From: Alphaproteobacteria bacterium
Lineage (GTDB): Bacteria > Pseudomonadota > Alphaproteobacteria > UBA6615
NCBI GenBank assembly: GCA_965261975.1
Contig: CBDHEC010000010.1
Coordinates: forward strand, 1-64,000
DNA length: 64,000 nt
Reading direction: 5' to 3'
Of this stretch, positions 9,246 to 18,526 are shown in pieces (position 1 is the first letter of the stretch; each line of letters begins with the position of its first letter). The position numbers were made by a program, and so were the translations under genes. The notes under the pieces are model-generated. The model did not search any database. It was not told where the DNA came from and saw nothing but the letters and a program-made list of their open reading frames with translations.

Positions 9246-10076
9246 CTACTCGGCGGCGTTGACGTGGTGGACAGTCTGCTGCGGGAACGGGATGGAAATG
9301 CCGTCCGCCTCAAGCTGTTCCTTGAGGGTCTTCATGAGGTCCCAGCGCACGCCCCAGTAATCGCCGGAATTGACCCAGACGCGAACGACGATGTTGACCG
9401 AACTGTCGGCCAGCTCGGCAACGGCGACGACCGATTCCGGGTCCTTGAGGGCACGGCTTTCCGCACCAATCACCCGGTTGATGGTCGCCATGGCGGTGTC
9501 GATGTTGTCGCCATAATCGATACCCATCATCAGGTCGACGCGACGGGTCGGGTTGGCGCTGAAATTCTGGATCGCGGAACCCCAGATCTGGCCATTCGGA
9601 ATGATGATCTTCACATTGTCACCGGTCGCCATTTCCGTGGTGAACAGGCCGATTTCCTTGACCGTGCCCGTCTGGCCTCCCGCGGAGACAAATTCACCGA
9701 TCTTGAAGGGGCGGAACAACAACAGCATGACGCCCGCCGCGACATTGCTGAGCGTGCCCTGCAAGGCGAGGCCGATGGCCAGGCCGGCGGCACCGAAGAT
9801 GGCAACAAGGCTGGTCGCCTGCACGCCGAATTGCTGCAGCGCCGCGATAATTACAAAGGCGATGATCGCGTAGCGCAGGAGGCTGCCGAAGAATCGCACC
9901 AGCGTCGGGTCGACGCGCCCGCTGCGGCTGAGCGCACGCTCGAGTGAGCGACGCGCCCACCCGGCGACCATGAAGCCGATGATGATGATTGCAAGTGCGC
10001 CGAGCACGTTGAGCCCATAGCTCACCAGTACGGCGTAGACCTGCTCGAGCAGGTTCTGAATGTCTTCGTTGTTCAT
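9246..10076 (-). CDS. mscS: Small-conductance mechanosensitive channel
   Basis: GAAGLAIGLALQGTLSN...RPFKIG, IPNG, ISIPFPQ; start MNNED with AGGAG RBS. Confidence 0.93.
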   Translation of the reverse strand: MNNEDIQNLLEQVYAVLVSYGLNVLGALAIIIIGFMVAGWARRSLERALSRSGRVDPTLVRFFGSLLRYAIIAFVIIAALQQFGVQATSLVAIFGAAGLAIGLALQGTLSNVAAGVMLLLFRPFKIGEFVSAGGQTGTVKEIGLFTTEMATGDNVKIIIPNGQIWGSAIQNFSANPTRRVDLMMGIDYGDNIDTAMATINRVIGAESRALKDPESVVAVAELADSSVNIVVRVWVNSGDYWGVRWDLMKTLKEQLEADGISIPFPQQTVHHVNAAE

Positions 10077-10152
10077 TGTATTTACTCCTGGTTCATATTC
10101 CTGGCTGCACGCCTCCCCGCGCTCGCGAACCAGTTTTTGGTTGAGGTTCTGG

Positions 10153-10293
10153 TTATCGTCGCCGCGCAATTCTGATCGCGGCAAGAATCAGCCAGATCGG
10201 GATCACCACGACCGCGCCGATCAAGACAAACGGCACGGCCCATTCCACGGTGTCCGCAATCACATTAGGCGCCCCGTCGATAACTTTCGACAC
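10153..10293 (-). CDS. Small membrane protein resembling the C-terminal half of DUF6460-type proteins, possibly truncated
   Basis: 46 aa from GTG; 'WAVPFVLIGAVVVIPIWLILAAIRIARRR'. Confidence 0.5.
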   Translation of the reverse strand: MSKVIDGAPNVIADTVEWAVPFVLIGAVVVIPIWLILAAIRIARRR

Positions 10294-10300
10294 CCTTGGC

Positions 10301-11080
10301 CTAACTGCAGTAACTCGGATCCAGCGCATCGAGGCGACGCAGATGTCCCGCCCAGTCGCGCGTGGCCACCGGCAGCGCATTCTCGAAAAGTTGTGCTGAC
10401 TTCTCGCAGACCTCGTCGGACGGATAGACGAGCGCGTCGGGTCCACCCGCCGAAAGCGCCTGAATCTGGCTCTTCGCGCATTTCTCCAGATAGAACATCA
10501 CCGAGAACGCCTCGGAGACCGAACCGCCGGCGGCGAGAAACCCGTGGTTGCGCAGGACCATCGCCAGATTATCCCCGAGATCGGCGACAAGCCGCGCGCG
10601 CTCATCCAGATCGAGCGCCGGCCCCTCATAATCGTGATACGAAATCCGATTATAGAAGCGCATCGAATGCTGGGTGATGAACAGCAGCCCGCACTTCATC
10701 GCCGACAGTGCCATCCCCGCATCCGAATGGGTGTGCATCACGCATGCGACCTCGGGCCGCGCCTCGTGCACCGCACTGTGGATCGTGAATCCCGCCCGGT
10801 TGATTTTGTAGGGGCCGTTGTTTTCGATCTCGTTGCCGTCCAGATCGGTCTTGATCAGGCTCGAGGCCGTAATCTCGTTAAACATCAACCCATAGGGGTT
10901 GAGCAGGAATGTTTCCTCGCCGGGCACCCGCGCAGAAATATGGGTGCGGGTCATGTCGGTCATGCCATAGAGATCGGCGAGCCGGTAGCACGCGGCAAGA
11001 TTGACGCGCATCTCCCATTCCTCGGGAGACACCTGGTTCTCGACACTCGGATACAGATCAACGATTTCAGCATTGGCCAT
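10301..11080 (-). CDS. Class II aldolase/adducin family protein
   Basis: THISARVPG, FLLNPYG, GFTIHSAVH, HTHS, LRNHG. Confidence 0.92.
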   Translation of the reverse strand: MANAEIVDLYPSVENQVSPEEWEMRVNLAACYRLADLYGMTDMTRTHISARVPGEETFLLNPYGLMFNEITASSLIKTDLDGNEIENNGPYKINRAGFTIHSAVHEARPEVACVMHTHSDAGMALSAMKCGLLFITQHSMRFYNRISYHDYEGPALDLDERARLVADLGDNLAMVLRNHGFLAAGGSVSEAFSVMFYLEKCAKSQIQALSAGGPDALVYPSDEVCEKSAQLFENALPVATRDWAGHLRRLDALDPSYCS

Positions 11081-11093
11081 GGCGGGCCTCCTG

Positions 11094-12092
11094 TTACTGG
11101 TCGACGGCTTCGGCGACGACATTGTTGCGCTGTGCGCCCAGCCCTTCAACCTCGGTCTCGACCACATCGCCTGCTTTCAGATAGGTGCCGGCAGCATGCC
11201 CGACACCTTCCGGCGTACCGGTGGAGATAATGTCACCCGGGTTCAGGGTAATCAGGGTCGAGCAATGCTCGATCTGTTCCTCGGCCGAAAACACCATCTC
11301 GCCAGCCAGGCCGTCCTGCTTGGTCTCGCCGCTAACCTTCAGGGTCAGCCGCAGGTTTCTGTAGTCGGGCACAAACGCGCGCGGGACGAAATACGGACCC
11401 ATCGGCGCAAACGTGTCGTGGCTCTTGCCGCCGAACCAATCGGTCCGCAGGGTCGGCCAGTCCTCGCGCATGTTCCAGTCGCGCGCGGAGACATCGTTGG
11501 TCGTCATGAAGCCGGCGACATGGTCCATCGCACGTTCCCCCGGAATGCGCTTGCCCGACCGGCCCATCGCCAGGGCCAGCTCGACCTCCCAGTCGACCTT
11601 GGTGGTATCCGGCGGAATGACGATGTCGTCGTAAGCTCCCGAGAGCGCGCTGGCTGCCTTCAGGAAGGAATAGGGACGCACCCGCGACTTGTCCCGGTCG
11701 AGCATGCTGTCGCGTTCTTCATCGGTCTTGGCCGTGCCTGCCGCAACCATCTCCCGGATGTGACCACCGTAATTCGCCGCCGCATACATCATCTTGCCCG
11801 GGTTCAGGATCGGCGGGAGATAGCGAACCTCACCCGGATCGACTTCCACATCCGGCCCCGCGTTGCCGGCGCCGGCGAATTCCGCCATCGCGCACAGCGC
11901 TTCGAAATTCGGCTCCCAGTCGTCGAGCAGAAGCCGGATGCTGCTGACACCGACCAGCGCACCGCCGCGCTTGCCCTGGCGCCACGCCTTGTACAGATCG
12001 TCGAGCACCCATCCCTGCTCACCGACCACCATCATCACGAAGGGTGCGCGCTGCGTCTGAACCGTCGCCAACTTGAACGCTGTATCCGTCAT
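11094..12092 (-). CDS. Fumarylacetoacetate hydrolase family protein
   Basis: ANYGGH, DWEVEL, NDVSARD, GKSHDTFAPMGP, STGTPEGVG. Confidence 0.93.
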   Translation of the reverse strand: MTDTAFKLATVQTQRAPFVMMVVGEQGWVLDDLYKAWRQGKRGGALVGVSSIRLLLDDWEPNFEALCAMAEFAGAGNAGPDVEVDPGEVRYLPPILNPGKMMYAAANYGGHIREMVAAGTAKTDEERDSMLDRDKSRVRPYSFLKAASALSGAYDDIVIPPDTTKVDWEVELALAMGRSGKRIPGERAMDHVAGFMTTNDVSARDWNMREDWPTLRTDWFGGKSHDTFAPMGPYFVPRAFVPDYRNLRLTLKVSGETKQDGLAGEMVFSAEEQIEHCSTLITLNPGDIISTGTPEGVGHAAGTYLKAGDVVETEVEGLGAQRNNVVAEAVDQ

Positions 12093-12116
12093 GGTCGAAA
12101 CCCCATTGCCATATCG

Positions 12117-12809
12117 CTACCAATCGTAGTCCGTATCCTGCCGTAAAAGCCCGCCAAAAAGGTCGAGACACCGATGCACCCAGGCATGGACAGGATCCTC
12201 GTTGTCCAGCAGCACAAAGGGGCTCACTTTCCGCGTCCAGATGAAGGGGGCCATTGCGAGATAATCTGCATAGACCGGCGCCTCTCCGCCCAGAAAGGGC
12301 TGATCGACGACCACCCGGCGCAGCGGTTCGAGCCGCGCGTGCAACTCCGGCAGCCGCTCCTCACGCCCCGCCTGCACCTGGTCGATCGGTCGACCAAGCC
12401 GCTTTGCCCGACTTTCCCAGAAATAAGGCTGGTCGGCCGGGTCGAGGCACTCATAGATATCATGCACGACCATCGTCATGACCAACGGCTGGATACGCGT
12501 CACATTCCAGTGGCCGATGAATCGCGCATAGCCGATCCCGCCCGCGCCCCCGAACAGCGAGGGTGCATCCGGATAAGTCGCCTCGAGATAGTTGGCGATT
12601 TCCCAACTGTCGCCGAGGCGCGTGTCGCCATCCTCAATCACCGGGATTGTCGAGAACGAGCCGTCGGCTATCGAGGATATATCAACAAACCGGGTCGGGA
12701 CCGTCTCGCAGGCCAGCCCCTTATGGGCGAGCGCATAGCGGGTCTTGCAGCAGTTCGAGCTGAAGCGCCGGTCGTCCCGGCCCACCAGGTCATAGAGAAT
12801 GATCGCCAT
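12117..12809 (-). CDS. Glutathione S-transferase, LigE/beta-etherase-like subfamily
   Basis: ILYDL...FS...RYALAHKGL, PVIEDG...DSWEIANYLEATYP..PSLF, FLGGEAPVYADY. Confidence 0.85.
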   Translation of the reverse strand: MAIILYDLVGRDDRRFSSNCCKTRYALAHKGLACETVPTRFVDISSIADGSFSTIPVIEDGDTRLGDSWEIANYLEATYPDAPSLFGGAGGIGYARFIGHWNVTRIQPLVMTMVVHDIYECLDPADQPYFWESRAKRLGRPIDQVQAGREERLPELHARLEPLRRVVVDQPFLGGEAPVYADYLAMAPFIWTRKVSPFVLLDNEDPVHAWVHRCLDLFGGLLRQDTDYDW

Positions 12810-12828
12810 CGCGCGTCCGCGCCCCGGC

Positions 12829-14511
12829 TCAACTCACCGCGAGCGGCGCCAACGCGTTCAGGTCGCTGGTCACGTCGAGGATCACAGGGCGTGTCTTGGC
12901 CGCCTCGAAAGCCTGCTGGATCGCGCCCGCGACCTCACCCGGTTTTTCGACGCGGATGCCGACGGCGCCCATCTCCTCGGCGATCCGGGCGAAGTTCACA
13001 TCGGTAAACTGCCACAGCTTGCGCGCCTCATCGGTCTGCTCACCGCCATAGACACGATCGAATCCACGCTTGGATTGGTTGCCCGAAGAGTTGTTGTTGA
13101 CCAGCGTGACCGTGTTGATGCCCCAGCGGGCCGCCGTCTCGACATCGCCGATGTGATACCAGAATCCGGCATCGCCGGTGAAACAGAAGACCGGACGGTC
13201 CGGCACGCCGCACTTGGCACCCAGCGCTGCCGAGAAGGCCCAGCCCAGATGGCCCGCCGAACGCATGTAACTCTGGTCCGGCGAGGTGAGGTCGAACATG
13301 CCGCCCATCCACATGCCCGTATGGCCCGTGTCGGCGACGACGATTGCATCGCTCGGCAGATGATCGGTCAACTCCTTGCAGATACGCTCGGGGCGCATCG
13401 GCACCTCGTCGGACGTCAGCAGATCGTTATACTTGTCACGCCACTGCTGATCGGCCTCCGCCGCGCGCGCGGCCCAGCCGGCACGGCGACCGGCGGATTC
13501 GGCGTTGGTCATCGCCAGCAATTTCGTCACGGCGACCTTCGCATCGCCCTGCACCCCGGCGACAACCGGGTAGTTGCGGCCGATTTCCTGGGGCTCGATG
13601 TCGATATGCACGACCTTCCGACCGATCTCCGGTACGGCCCAGAAATGGCTCACCATGCCGCCCGTGGACGAACCGATGTAGATCACCAGGTCCGCCTCGT
13701 TGACGATGATGTTCGCACTCTCGCGCGAATAGGTGCCGACAACACCCACCGACAGCGGATGCGTGGCCGGGATCGTGTCCTTGCCGTTGAGCGAGGTCGC
13801 GACGGGAATATTCAGGCGTTCAGCCAATGCCACCACTTCTGCCTGAGCGCCCGACGCGCGCACGCCGCCGCCGGCGACGATGACGGGCCGTTCGGCGGCC
13901 TCGATCGCGGCCATCGCGGCGCGCAGGGACTCCTCGGACGGCTCGGGTCGATAAGCCGGAAGCTGCGCGAAAGCCTCTTCGATCAGCGGCTCCATATCGG
14001 CCTCTTCGGCGTCGATCTGGGCTTCATTGCCGCGGAATTGCAGATGGACGGGACCCGGCGTGCCCGACGTCGCGGCACGGAACGCCTGCCGGATCATGTC
14101 CGGAAAACGCGAGACATCGTCCACGGTAGCGTTGAACTTCGTCACCGGTTCGAAGGCCGGGACGTCATCGATTTCCTGATAGACGTTGCGAAACTTGGTC
14201 TTCGGGTCGCGGCCGCCGGTCATGGCAATCACCGGTGCCTTGGCGAGATACGGATCCCGCAGGCCGGCCGCAAGGTTAAGCGCGCCGATCACCTGCGCCA
14301 TGCAGATGCCCGGCTTGCCGCTGGCGCGCGCATAGCCGTCCGCCATGTAGGCCGCCGTCGCCTCGGAATGCACATGTAAACGTTTGATATCAGTACGTTT
14401 TTCGAGCTCCACCATGGTGGTACGCAACACTGCCGGGACATTGAATATATGGGTGACACCGTAGCCCTTGAGCATATCGGCCATCACCTGTGCGCCAGTC
14501 ATTTTCGCCAT
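12829..14511 (-). CDS. Thiamine pyrophosphate-dependent enzyme (acetolactate synthase-like)
   Basis: HSEATAAYMADGYARASG, PGPVHL, TGDAGF...NN ThDP motif. Confidence 0.92.
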   Translation of the reverse strand: MAKMTGAQVMADMLKGYGVTHIFNVPAVLRTTMVELEKRTDIKRLHVHSEATAAYMADGYARASGKPGICMAQVIGALNLAAGLRDPYLAKAPVIAMTGGRDPKTKFRNVYQEIDDVPAFEPVTKFNATVDDVSRFPDMIRQAFRAATSGTPGPVHLQFRGNEAQIDAEEADMEPLIEEAFAQLPAYRPEPSEESLRAAMAAIEAAERPVIVAGGGVRASGAQAEVVALAERLNIPVATSLNGKDTIPATHPLSVGVVGTYSRESANIIVNEADLVIYIGSSTGGMVSHFWAVPEIGRKVVHIDIEPQEIGRNYPVVAGVQGDAKVAVTKLLAMTNAESAGRRAGWAARAAEADQQWRDKYNDLLTSDEVPMRPERICKELTDHLPSDAIVVADTGHTGMWMGGMFDLTSPDQSYMRSAGHLGWAFSAALGAKCGVPDRPVFCFTGDAGFWYHIGDVETAARWGINTVTLVNNNSSGNQSKRGFDRVYGGEQTDEARKLWQFTDVNFARIAEEMGAVGIRVEKPGEVAGAIQQAFEAAKTRPVILDVTSDLNALAPLAVS

Positions 14512-14650
14512 GTCATCGTTCCCCTCAATGAAGCGCCGGGCCCTTCTGCCGGGACCGTTCGCAGTTTGCGTTCAGATCAATACTTGTCCATCCGGCCGCT
14601 CAGCACAACATCGCGCGCCGCATGATGGCCGACCGGCGTTCCTGGCAGGC

Positions 14651-17134
14651 TCAGGCCTTTGCGGCCGCCGCCCGATCGCGCCAGAGCAGGAGCAGCAGGA
14701 TCACCGTCAGCACGGCGCCGATCACATAGAGCTCGTGCAGGAGCTCGCTCTCGAAACCGAAGATCAGGGAGATGATCGCCCCGGTCGGCAGCAGCAGGCA
14801 GGCTGCCACGAGCCCGGCCAGCGGCCGGATGAGCCGGCCATTGCCGAAGCCTTCCAGGAAGATCGCCCACGCGACCACGCCAAAGAGACAGGCCGCGACC
14901 GTGATCGCGATCTCCAGTGTCGTCCCGTCCAGAAGCAAGGGCGTGTAGACGAACAGGAACGGCATGATCAGGATCGTCGAGGCCATCTTGAAGGCCTGGT
15001 TGCCGGTCGTGACCGGGTCCGATTGCGATATCGAACTCGCCGCGAACGCCGCCAGTGCCACCGGGGGCGTCACGGCGCTGACCACAGCAACCCAGTAGCT
15101 GATCATGTGCGCAGCCAGGCTGGGCACACCCAGATCGACCAGCGCGCCAACCGCGAAGATGGCGAGCAGGACATAGCTGGCCACGATCGGCAGCCCCATC
15201 CCGACGATGTAGCCGGCGATGATGACGAGGACGATGGTGATCGGCAGGACGCCGCCGCTGGCCTCGACCAGCAGGTTCGCGACCCGGCCCGGCAAGTCGG
15301 ACTTGGTGGCGGCGGACAACAGAATACCCAGAACGCCGGCGATACAGCTGACGACGAGGGTATTGCGCGAGCCTGCCTCAAGCGAGACCCAGATGGTCCG
15401 GACCATCTCGACGAGCACGTCGCGCAGACTGGTCATCGGCTTGTCGTCGAGCCTGACCCCGATCAGGTTCTCGTTCACCGGCTTGTTCGCCGCCTCTGCG
15501 GCCGCCGCCTCGTCCCGCCCGTAGATCATGATCTCGCCGATTTTCAGGACGATGAAGGTGAACACGACCCAGTAGGCGGCATCACCGAAGCCGATGCCCA
15601 CATAATCCTCGACAAACCAGGAGAAAGGCGCACCGATCTTCATGCCGAAGAAATACACGAACACGCCGACGGCAACCGAAACCACCAGATAGGGCTTCCA
15701 CGATGTCTTCGACTTGGCGGTCGGGATCGACACCAGAAGGTCGATCAGCTTCAGCATCAGGATCAGGACGATGGTCTTAGCGGCCGCCAGGAAGGGTGAA
15801 TCCCCGATGACCAGGAAGAAGACCATCGCCGGGATCGGCAGCAGGAGGTGCAGCTTCGGGATGATGTCCATCCAGGCCGGAAGCTCCTCCTCCGGCACGC
15901 CATGCAGCTTGTCCTTGAGCGCCCGGAAATAGACGATCAGCCCGACGGACAGGTAGTAGATGATCGCCGGAATGACGGCGATCTTGACGATATCGAAGTA
16001 GCTCGTCTCGGTCAGCTCGGCGAGCAGGAAGGCGCCCGCGCCCATGATCGGCGGCATGTAGGCGCCACCCGTCGAAGCCGCGGCCTCGACCCCGCCCGCG
16101 AATGCCGGCCGGTAGCCGACGCGCTTCATCAGCGGGATGGTCAGCGTGCCGGTGGTCATGACGTTGGCCACGCCCGAGCCCGAGATCATGCCGAACAGGC
16201 CCGAGCTGATGACCGCAGCAAGCCCCGGTCCGCCGGTCTTGGCGCCGGTTAAACGGTAGGCGGTATTGATGATGACCGCGCCGAGGCCGGTCTTCTCGAG
16301 GAACGCACCCAGGATGACGAAGATCACGATGAAGGTGGCGAATACGTTGGTGATCAGCCCGAACATGCCCTCGGTCGAGGCGATCAGGAAGTCCATCACC
16401 TCCTCGGCCTGGTAGCCGGGGTGATTCAGCAGGCCCGGCATCGCCTGGGCGATATCCTCGAACGAGTAGATGAAGAACAGGAAGCCGAGCAGCGGAATCA
16501 GCGGGCCGACGATCCGGCGCGCGATCTCGAAGCTGACCGACACCAGCATCACGGAATAGATGAACAGCAGCGCCGGAATGGGACGCCCGGTCGCAATCCG
16601 CAGGTCCTGCACATTCTCGACCCACCACAGGACCGCGGTGACAACGCAGACCAGGTAGAGAACATCGGAAATGGTGAACCCGTCGCCGCGCTTCTCGCGA
16701 TACCCCTCAAAAAAGTAGATCGCGACGCCTGCCGCGGCGCCGATGAAGCCGACATTTCGAACGGTGTCGTCGTAGTAACGGAACCACTGTTTCGGGTGGT
16801 CTCCGAGCTGCCAGTGAAACCATATGGCGATGGCGGCACCGAGCATGGCCATGTTCGCGATACTGAACATTTCGTCGAGCCAGACAGCATTCTTGCGGAA
16901 GGAATGCTGGCGGTTCTTGAACGCCAGCAGGGACATGACGCTGACACCCAGCACAAACGTCCCGCGGAAAACCTCTTCGACCGGCGGGCCGAAGAAAGAG
17001 ATGTGAATGAAGAAATAGGCGTAGGCGACGGCCACAACGGAGAAGATCGGCCGCACGATGGCCGACAGGCCCCGCGGCGGTGTCATTTCGTCGGAGATGA
17101 TGCCGATCTTGGTGAGGACGGAAAGTGTGCTCAT
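14651..17134 (-). CDS. TAXI-type TRAP transporter fused 4TM/12TM permease
   Basis: GMISGSGVANV, EAAASTGG..MPPIMGAGAF, GMGLP, VTPPVALAAFAA; 827 aa. Confidence 0.93.
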   Translation of the reverse strand: MSTLSVLTKIGIISDEMTPPRGLSAIVRPIFSVVAVAYAYFFIHISFFGPPVEEVFRGTFVLGVSVMSLLAFKNRQHSFRKNAVWLDEMFSIANMAMLGAAIAIWFHWQLGDHPKQWFRYYDDTVRNVGFIGAAAGVAIYFFEGYREKRGDGFTISDVLYLVCVVTAVLWWVENVQDLRIATGRPIPALLFIYSVMLVSVSFEIARRIVGPLIPLLGFLFFIYSFEDIAQAMPGLLNHPGYQAEEVMDFLIASTEGMFGLITNVFATFIVIFVILGAFLEKTGLGAVIINTAYRLTGAKTGGPGLAAVISSGLFGMISGSGVANVMTTGTLTIPLMKRVGYRPAFAGGVEAAASTGGAYMPPIMGAGAFLLAELTETSYFDIVKIAVIPAIIYYLSVGLIVYFRALKDKLHGVPEEELPAWMDIIPKLHLLLPIPAMVFFLVIGDSPFLAAAKTIVLILMLKLIDLLVSIPTAKSKTSWKPYLVVSVAVGVFVYFFGMKIGAPFSWFVEDYVGIGFGDAAYWVVFTFIVLKIGEIMIYGRDEAAAAEAANKPVNENLIGVRLDDKPMTSLRDVLVEMVRTIWVSLEAGSRNTLVVSCIAGVLGILLSAATKSDLPGRVANLLVEASGGVLPITIVLVIIAGYIVGMGLPIVASYVLLAIFAVGALVDLGVPSLAAHMISYWVAVVSAVTPPVALAAFAASSISQSDPVTTGNQAFKMASTILIMPFLFVYTPLLLDGTTLEIAITVAACLFGVVAWAIFLEGFGNGRLIRPLAGLVAACLLLPTGAIISLIFGFESELLHELYVIGAVLTVILLLLLWRDRAAAAKA

Positions 17135-17191
17135 GGACCTTGCCTACTGCTGATCTTTGGAGGCACCGAGGCGCCTGTCATTGAATGCGGA

Positions 17192-17228
17192 CAAGGCGCG
17201 AAGAAGATCGTCTCCTCTTCGCGCCTTG
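17192..17228. terminator. Intercistronic stem-loop after the TAXI binding-protein gene
   Basis: Perfect 13-bp inverted repeat CAAGGCGCGAAGA/TCTTCGCGCCTTG. Confidence 0.6.
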
Positions 17229-17267
17229 CAGCATTAACTTACACGTATGTCAGTTGAAGCTTTCCGA

Positions 17268-18257
17268 TTAGAAAGCCGAAACCGGCACACCCGCCGTGTC
17301 GAAGCCACGGCCCTTCCAATAGGCCTCGGCCGCCGGATGCAGCGGAATACCGAGCGCCTTCAGGTTCGAGAAGTCGCCGTTGAGCGTCTTCCAGTAACCC
17401 GCAACGGCGGCCAGCTTCTTGAGGTTGTCCGGATCAGCCGTGGTTTCCAGCATCGCGGAGATGGCCTCGTCCGACATGGTCTTGTAGGCCAGCCAGTAGA
17501 CGTCATAGGCGATCGAACGTGCCGGGGCGTCCATGCCCTTCACGCTCGGCTGCACCGGAATGGTGACCGCAGCGTAGAACGGGTTGGACTTCACGACCGC
17601 GGCCTGCTCGGCCTCGGAAAGGCCGATGTAACGCACCGGCTTGGAGATCGACAGCTGAGTCAGCGCCGGAATCGTGAACGGGGCACCGGCCGAGCAGTAC
17701 ACGTCGATCTGGCGATCGCCGAGTGCACGCGCGGAATCCGAGAAGCCAAGGTTGCGGACATCGATTTTATCGATGATGCCGGCACCGGTCATGATGTTAC
17801 GGCAGTTGACGTTCGAACCCGAACCCTTGTTCAGCAGGTTCACCTTCTTGCCAACCATGTCCGAGTAGGACTTGATCGGGCTGTCGGCGAGCACCGCGAC
17901 GATCTGCGTCTGCTTGCGGACGTTGGCGATGATGCGGAAGTCCTTGAGCGCACCGTCTTCCTTGAAGAGGCCTTCACCATTCCAGGCCTGGAAGACCTGT
18001 CCGACATGGCCCCAGGCGGTGTCGAACTTGCCATAGGCGACGCGGCGAACGTTATCGACCGAGCCGTTGGACGGCGAATAGTTGAACTTGAACTTGTCGC
18101 CAATTTCGGCGTTCAGCAGCTGGGCACCAGCGCTGACCGACGGATGCCAACCACCACCGGCGGGACCACCACCGATGCGATAGGATTCTTCAGCCTGCGC
18201 TGCAGCGCTGAATGCAACCACACTGGCGGCAGCGATAAGAGTTGTTACGAGTTTCAT
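17268..18257 (-). CDS. TAXI family TRAP substrate-binding protein
   Basis: Signal peptide, GGGPAGGGW, SNGSVDN, GSGS, IPLHPAAEAYW. Confidence 0.92.
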   Translation of the reverse strand: MKLVTTLIAAASVVAFSAAAQAEESYRIGGGPAGGGWHPSVSAGAQLLNAEIGDKFKFNYSPSNGSVDNVRRVAYGKFDTAWGHVGQVFQAWNGEGLFKEDGALKDFRIIANVRKQTQIVAVLADSPIKSYSDMVGKKVNLLNKGSGSNVNCRNIMTGAGIIDKIDVRNLGFSDSARALGDRQIDVYCSAGAPFTIPALTQLSISKPVRYIGLSEAEQAAVVKSNPFYAAVTIPVQPSVKGMDAPARSIAYDVYWLAYKTMSDEAISAMLETTADPDNLKKLAAVAGYWKTLNGDFSNLKALGIPLHPAAEAYWKGRGFDTAGVPVSAF

Positions 18258-18420
18258 AAATCCCTCCCAGATCGGAATTTTATGTGAAGTGACTTAACTG
18301 TCACCGATTGGACCGAACCGCACAGGTGTACGACCGGATATTTGATGACCGAACGATGGCAGTGAGGCCCGGCAATGGCAAGAGGATTTGTCCTGACAAA
18401 TTCGCAGAATGAACATTTTT

Positions 18421-18441
18421 CCGCGAAAGAATATTTCGCGG
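18421..18441. promoter_or_regulatory. Candidate operator palindrome between the divergent TAXI and TauD genes
   Basis: CCGCGAAA-N5-TTTCGCGG in an AT-richer intergenic region. Confidence 0.4.
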
Positions 18442-18526
18442 TCGCGGTTTGCGTCCGGGTCCCCGTTGCCGATAGGTTTTGAATCCAATCCCGAATACCG
18501 AACACGATAACTCCAGAGCGACGAAC

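Noticed and set aside
8193-9947. Long antisense ORFs (8193..9947, 12799..14379, 25348..27300, 26933..28480 and others)
   Set aside because: They are shadows of well-supported genes on the opposite strand, expected at this GC content, and have no recognisable motifs
18376-18392. Sigma54-like TGGCA...TTTG upstream of the TauD gene
   Set aside because: The -12 GC dinucleotide is missing and the spacing is off
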